Source of the DNA: Mobula hypostoma | Taxonomy: Eukaryota | Reading direction: 5' to 3' | NCBI RefSeq assembly: GCF_963921235.1 | Contig: NC_086097.1 | Coordinates: 106,642,001-106,706,000 of the forward strand | DNA: 64,000 nt | Made by a program: the position numbers and the translations under genes | In this document: positions 60,226 to 64,000 of the stretch, piece by piece | How the letters are laid out: each line of letters opens with the position of its first letter | Position numbering within the stretch: position 1 is the stretch's first letter | The notes under the pieces: generated by a model | What the model saw: the letters and a program-made list of their open reading frames with translations, nothing else | Database searches by the model: none | Told to the model about the DNA's origin: nothing

Positions 60226-61275
60226 ATAGATAAAAATAATAAGAAATGCAAATTAAAACATTGAAATTCTCCCTTTTTAGTTAAGTATTTCTGATAATTT
60301 CAATTATTTCACAATTCATTTCAAAATGTCGTGTTCTGACAGATTTTACTCATAACTTTCATGTGCCATAGTAACCTGGGGTATATCCCATCTTGCCCAT
60401 CATCTATCCTAATGCCCTCAAAAGCTCATTTACCATCGGGAAAAGTCCTCTTCACAGTCTTATCTCACCCATTCACTTAGAGTGGCACAGCAAAATAATG
60501 GAAGCAGATCTGGAACCATCTCCAAGATTCCCTGCGGTCAGATTTTCTGGGCCCTGGCATTTATATTGTTGGCTGGTGTAACTCATGCAAGGAAACCCGG
60601 AGTGTCAGGTTACCCACTCTCACCCCATTAAAGTTGATGGAAGTGGAACAAACTTCAGGATTCAGGCAAGGATTGGCATTGGGCAGTAGGATGGGTAAGT
60701 GGAGATGAGGCTTTTACATATTAAAAAATTTGAATTGTCAAAGAATAAACAAGACACCGGGGGAACTCAGCAAGCCAGGTAGTACCTGCAGAGGAAACGG
60801 ACAGTCAATGCCTCAGGTCTCCCATGGTGATAGATGCTGCCTGAGTCACCGAGTTCCTCCAGCTATCTTGTTTACTGATACAGATTCCAGTCTTACTCAT
60901 TTATATCAAGTTGGTAAGGACATTAAAACAAAACTGGATCCCTCATTTGGAAAAGAGACGTATTTATAATTGATGGAGAGCAATTGCAGGCCTGCTCAAA
61001 AGCAGTCATCTATTTTCACTCGACATTAAAAAAATTCTTTTCCTCAACTAAGAACAGCCTCTAAACAGGTGTTTTCAGATCATGCAGCAGCTTCTACTTT
61101 ATAATGTATTATCACAAAGGTCAAAAGCAAATTAAATTCTAACAGCATCTTTACACACATTTAGAATAAAAATAAAATTTATCAGCTACAGTATGTAATT
61201 TGATTATCTGATAAAGTAATATTCACAGTAACAAAAATAAAGAAATAAAATAGATGGGGGAAAGCTGAGATGTAC

Positions 61276-61365
61276 CTGGTCCATTCCAGTCTTCCAGCTC
61301 CAAGTTAGACTGGCTTGGCTTTTCTCCATCCGATTCTGCTGCTTCCTGACTGCCATCTTCATCAC
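61276..61365 (-). CDS. Probable internal coding exon of an unidentified host gene (90 nt, phase 1-1): (G)DEDGSQEAAESDGEKPSQSNLELEDWNGP
   Basis: Acceptor tacactttag|GT and donor CCAG|gtacat; open frame; purine-rich and more GC-rich than the AT-rich unique flanks; no TE resemblance. Confidence 0.65.
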
Positions 61366-62049
61366 CTAAAGTGTACAAGGATCTTATTTACTTTCATGAT
61401 AGCTGTCTCCTTAAATGAAAACTAAAATACAATTAGTAAAAATAACAGTCAACCACCAGATAAATGTACTTTCATGCAAGTTGCCAACTAATTGATTCAA
61501 ATAGAAAGTTCAAATGATTAGCTTTTATCAGTTGTAATGTGCTACAGAAATAAATAGCCTCAAACATTTGTATGAAACCCTGCATAAATTCAATGTAGAT
61601 GTAGAAAATTTCAGTTGCCTGGGAGACACAAAAAGTCAATTGATAAGTCTAAGCCATTTTAAAAATCCATGAAAATGTTAATTAGCAGTGTCTGTGTATA
61701 GGTAGTGCTCCTAATATGCGCCTGGTATTGGTTGAAGTAATGATATGTGATCCTCTTCCCATTCATCTGGACCCCTTAGCAGACTTGCTACTCAAGATGT
61801 GGAATGATGCCACTATTGGACAACAGTATTGTTTTGTCACCTGCAACTGAGCAGGACAAATTAATATTCCCTTTAGAGATTAGAATTTTCCTGGCACTGG
61901 CTTGCCAAATAGAGAAATTCTATTCAAATTAATAGCTTTAATGTGTCATTATTATACAGATTTTATAGTCTAGCTTCTGTGTAGCATGCCAGATCTCTGA
62001 TAGATAACAACGTCTTTGAAATCAGGAACTTGCATAAACAGTAAGCCAT

Positions 62050-62315
62050 GAACTCTCATCCAACAAACTTCCCAGCTCTTTACTTTACCCTCTCCTGGTT
62101 TCACCCCTCACCTAACACCTTGTATTTCTTTCTCCCATCCCCCCTCCCCATCTTCTTTCTCTGACTTCTCTTCCTTTCCAGTACTGATGAATGGTCTTGG
62201 CCCAAAATATCAACTGTTCACTCTTTTCCATAGATGCTGCCTGGTCCGCTGAGATCCTCCAGCATTTTGTGTGTATTGCTTTGGATTTCCAGCAACTCCA
62301 GATTTTCTCATGTTT
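62050..62315 (+). repeat. Older Penelope pLTR-derived copy
   Basis: cagtactgatgaatggtcttggcccaaaatatcaactg..ccatagatgctgcctgg. Confidence 0.75.
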
Positions 62316-63219
62316 ATGATAAACTCTCAAATAATAACTTAAGCAATTCTGAGAATAATACCTTAGTAAGAGTCAAAATTAATGCTCATAATTAACCTGA
62401 ATTCAAAATATCAGGAAAGTAAACTTTTAATTTACTTGATGAATACCTAGGAATGTGTATTATTATTATTTGTAAAGATTGCTGGACAAGCTGTTAATGG
62501 GAACTGTTGTTTGCTCTCATTTTTATTCTACAGCCTGGAAACCAGTGTTGGCACTTAGCCTCCTACTTGTGGTATGTTAATTTTATTAATCGGTAATTTA
62601 GTGAGTGCTATTTAGCCCAAGTTTATGTCTATTTGCCAACTACTACGAAGTTCATTGTGGACTGGACTGCTAAAGTCTGTTAAATCACAGAGAAAGTGTG
62701 CCAGTCATCAATCCTGTTATTGCCCATATAACAACCTGCTAAGAATATACAACTGTTTGGAATATAACACTCTACATATAGACACCATGCTCAACCTCAC
62801 ATAATACTGAATATTCCCAAGGAAAAATGAACTCCTATACTTGACCTTGCAATTCTAGTTTTCTTGACATGAATTAAAATGATTTCAGTATCATAACAAA
62901 TGGCAGGAGCAGCAAGAGAAGGAAAGAAATCTGGCCAAATGGAAGATACACTACAAGGTTGCGGCAAATAGTCAATTGGAAACAAGATGTTGGAAGAGCC
63001 TTTGATATAATGAGATTAGTTCCTTAAAATTGCATCTAGAAAAGAGTATGCGAAAATAGTAGTTAACCTGTCAATACCAGTATCTAAAGGTCTGTATAAC
63101 TGATCCAGAGATATACATTTAAATCCTACAATGACACCTGGGAAGTGAAACTGAAATATTTCAACAGTCCTAAAAAAAAAACCTGGCATTAGTAATGGTA
63201 GCCATGAAACTCCAGACTG

Positions 63220-64000
63220 ATGTGAATGTCCAGAAGATCGGCTGGTAGGTTGTTCCAAGGATCTTGGAGAACTTGCCATAGTTCTTCTGTAGACTTTGGC
63301 TGTCTTACTTGCTTCTGTCTCTACATGTATTCCCAGACAGCCTTAACGACGTTGAGATCAAGGCTCTGTGGAGGCCATACCTGCTGTTATAGAGCTTCTT
63401 CTTTTTCTTTTTGATGAAGATAGTTCTTTATGATTTTGGCCGTGTGTTAGGGGTTATTATCCTGCTTCAGAACGAAGTTAAAACCTATCAGATGCCTCCA
63501 CGATGGTACTGCAAGATGGATGAAAACCTGCTTGTACTTCTCAACATTGAGATTCCATTAATTCTGACCAGATCACCAACTACATTTGCAGATATGAAAA
63601 CCCAAACCTGTAGGGAACCTCCATCATGCTTCTCTGTTTGCTGGAGTGCTGTGCTCTCTAGCTCTTCTACGGACTGCGGCCTGTTTGAGCCAAAAAATTC
63701 AAATTTTGACTCATCTGTCCACAGCACTTGCTCCCAATGTCCAGTATGTTTTTGTATGTAGGTGAGTCTTTTGGCTTTGTTTCCACTTCAGAGGAATAGC
63801 TTTTTTAGCAGCTGTTCCATGAGAACCACTTCTGACAAGAGTTCTCCAGATTGTAGAGGGGTTCCAGTGGTTTCTGTGAGTTCAGCACTATAGCAGTGCT
63901 GGACTTCTACCAATTTAGAAGGGACGTCAGTTTGATGTATCTCTCGTCTGCTGCTCTTACTTTCCATGGCCAAACACAGCGTTTCTGGTCCTCAATCTTC
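63220..64000 (-). mobile_element. Decayed Tc1 transposase gene, running off the window end
   Basis: VLWTDESKFEFFGS, KHDGGSLQVW, QDNNPKHT and PPQSLDLN motifs, with frameshifts. Confidence 0.88.

Noticed and set aside
306..63973. Most short ORFs in the supplied track
   Set aside because: They are antisense or alternate frames of TEs, or chance ORFs often starting at TTG/GTG, and not credible eukaryotic genes

Overview
This is eukaryotic (vertebrate) genomic DNA, not prokaryotic. The repeat mix (HE1-type V-SINEs, CR1 LINEs with TTTCTATG tails, Neptune-type Penelope elements, Rex1/Babar LINEs) suggests a cartilaginous fish, which is an inference. Most of the window is nested, mainly decayed transposable elements: CR1, Rex1/Babar, RTE, L2 and L1/Tx1 LINEs, Penelope-like elements and their short pLTR derivatives, two Gypsy LTR elements, a solo LTR, Tigger/pogo, Tc1 and hAT derivatives, and SINEs. 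Only one credible host exon was found (61276-61365, minus strand), so the window is probably one or more large introns. The standout is a Gypsy LTR element (2343-4722, minus) whose RNase H and integrase core are replaced by an intronless patchwork of myosin-II heavy-chain rod sequence, closest to MYH16 as I recall it, fused in frame to the RT and to the element's C-terminal tail. Also notable: hammerhead ribozyme motifs in the Penelope termini; an uninterrupted 694-codon Penelope RT/GIY-YIG ORF whose ATG comes from the target-site duplication; a 107-bp-arm hairpin in a Tigger derivative; 103-bp monomer repeats in a CR1 5' UTR; and a CsRn1-like Gypsy. All family assignments come from motif recognition by eye, with no database search, and boundaries of old elements are approximate.
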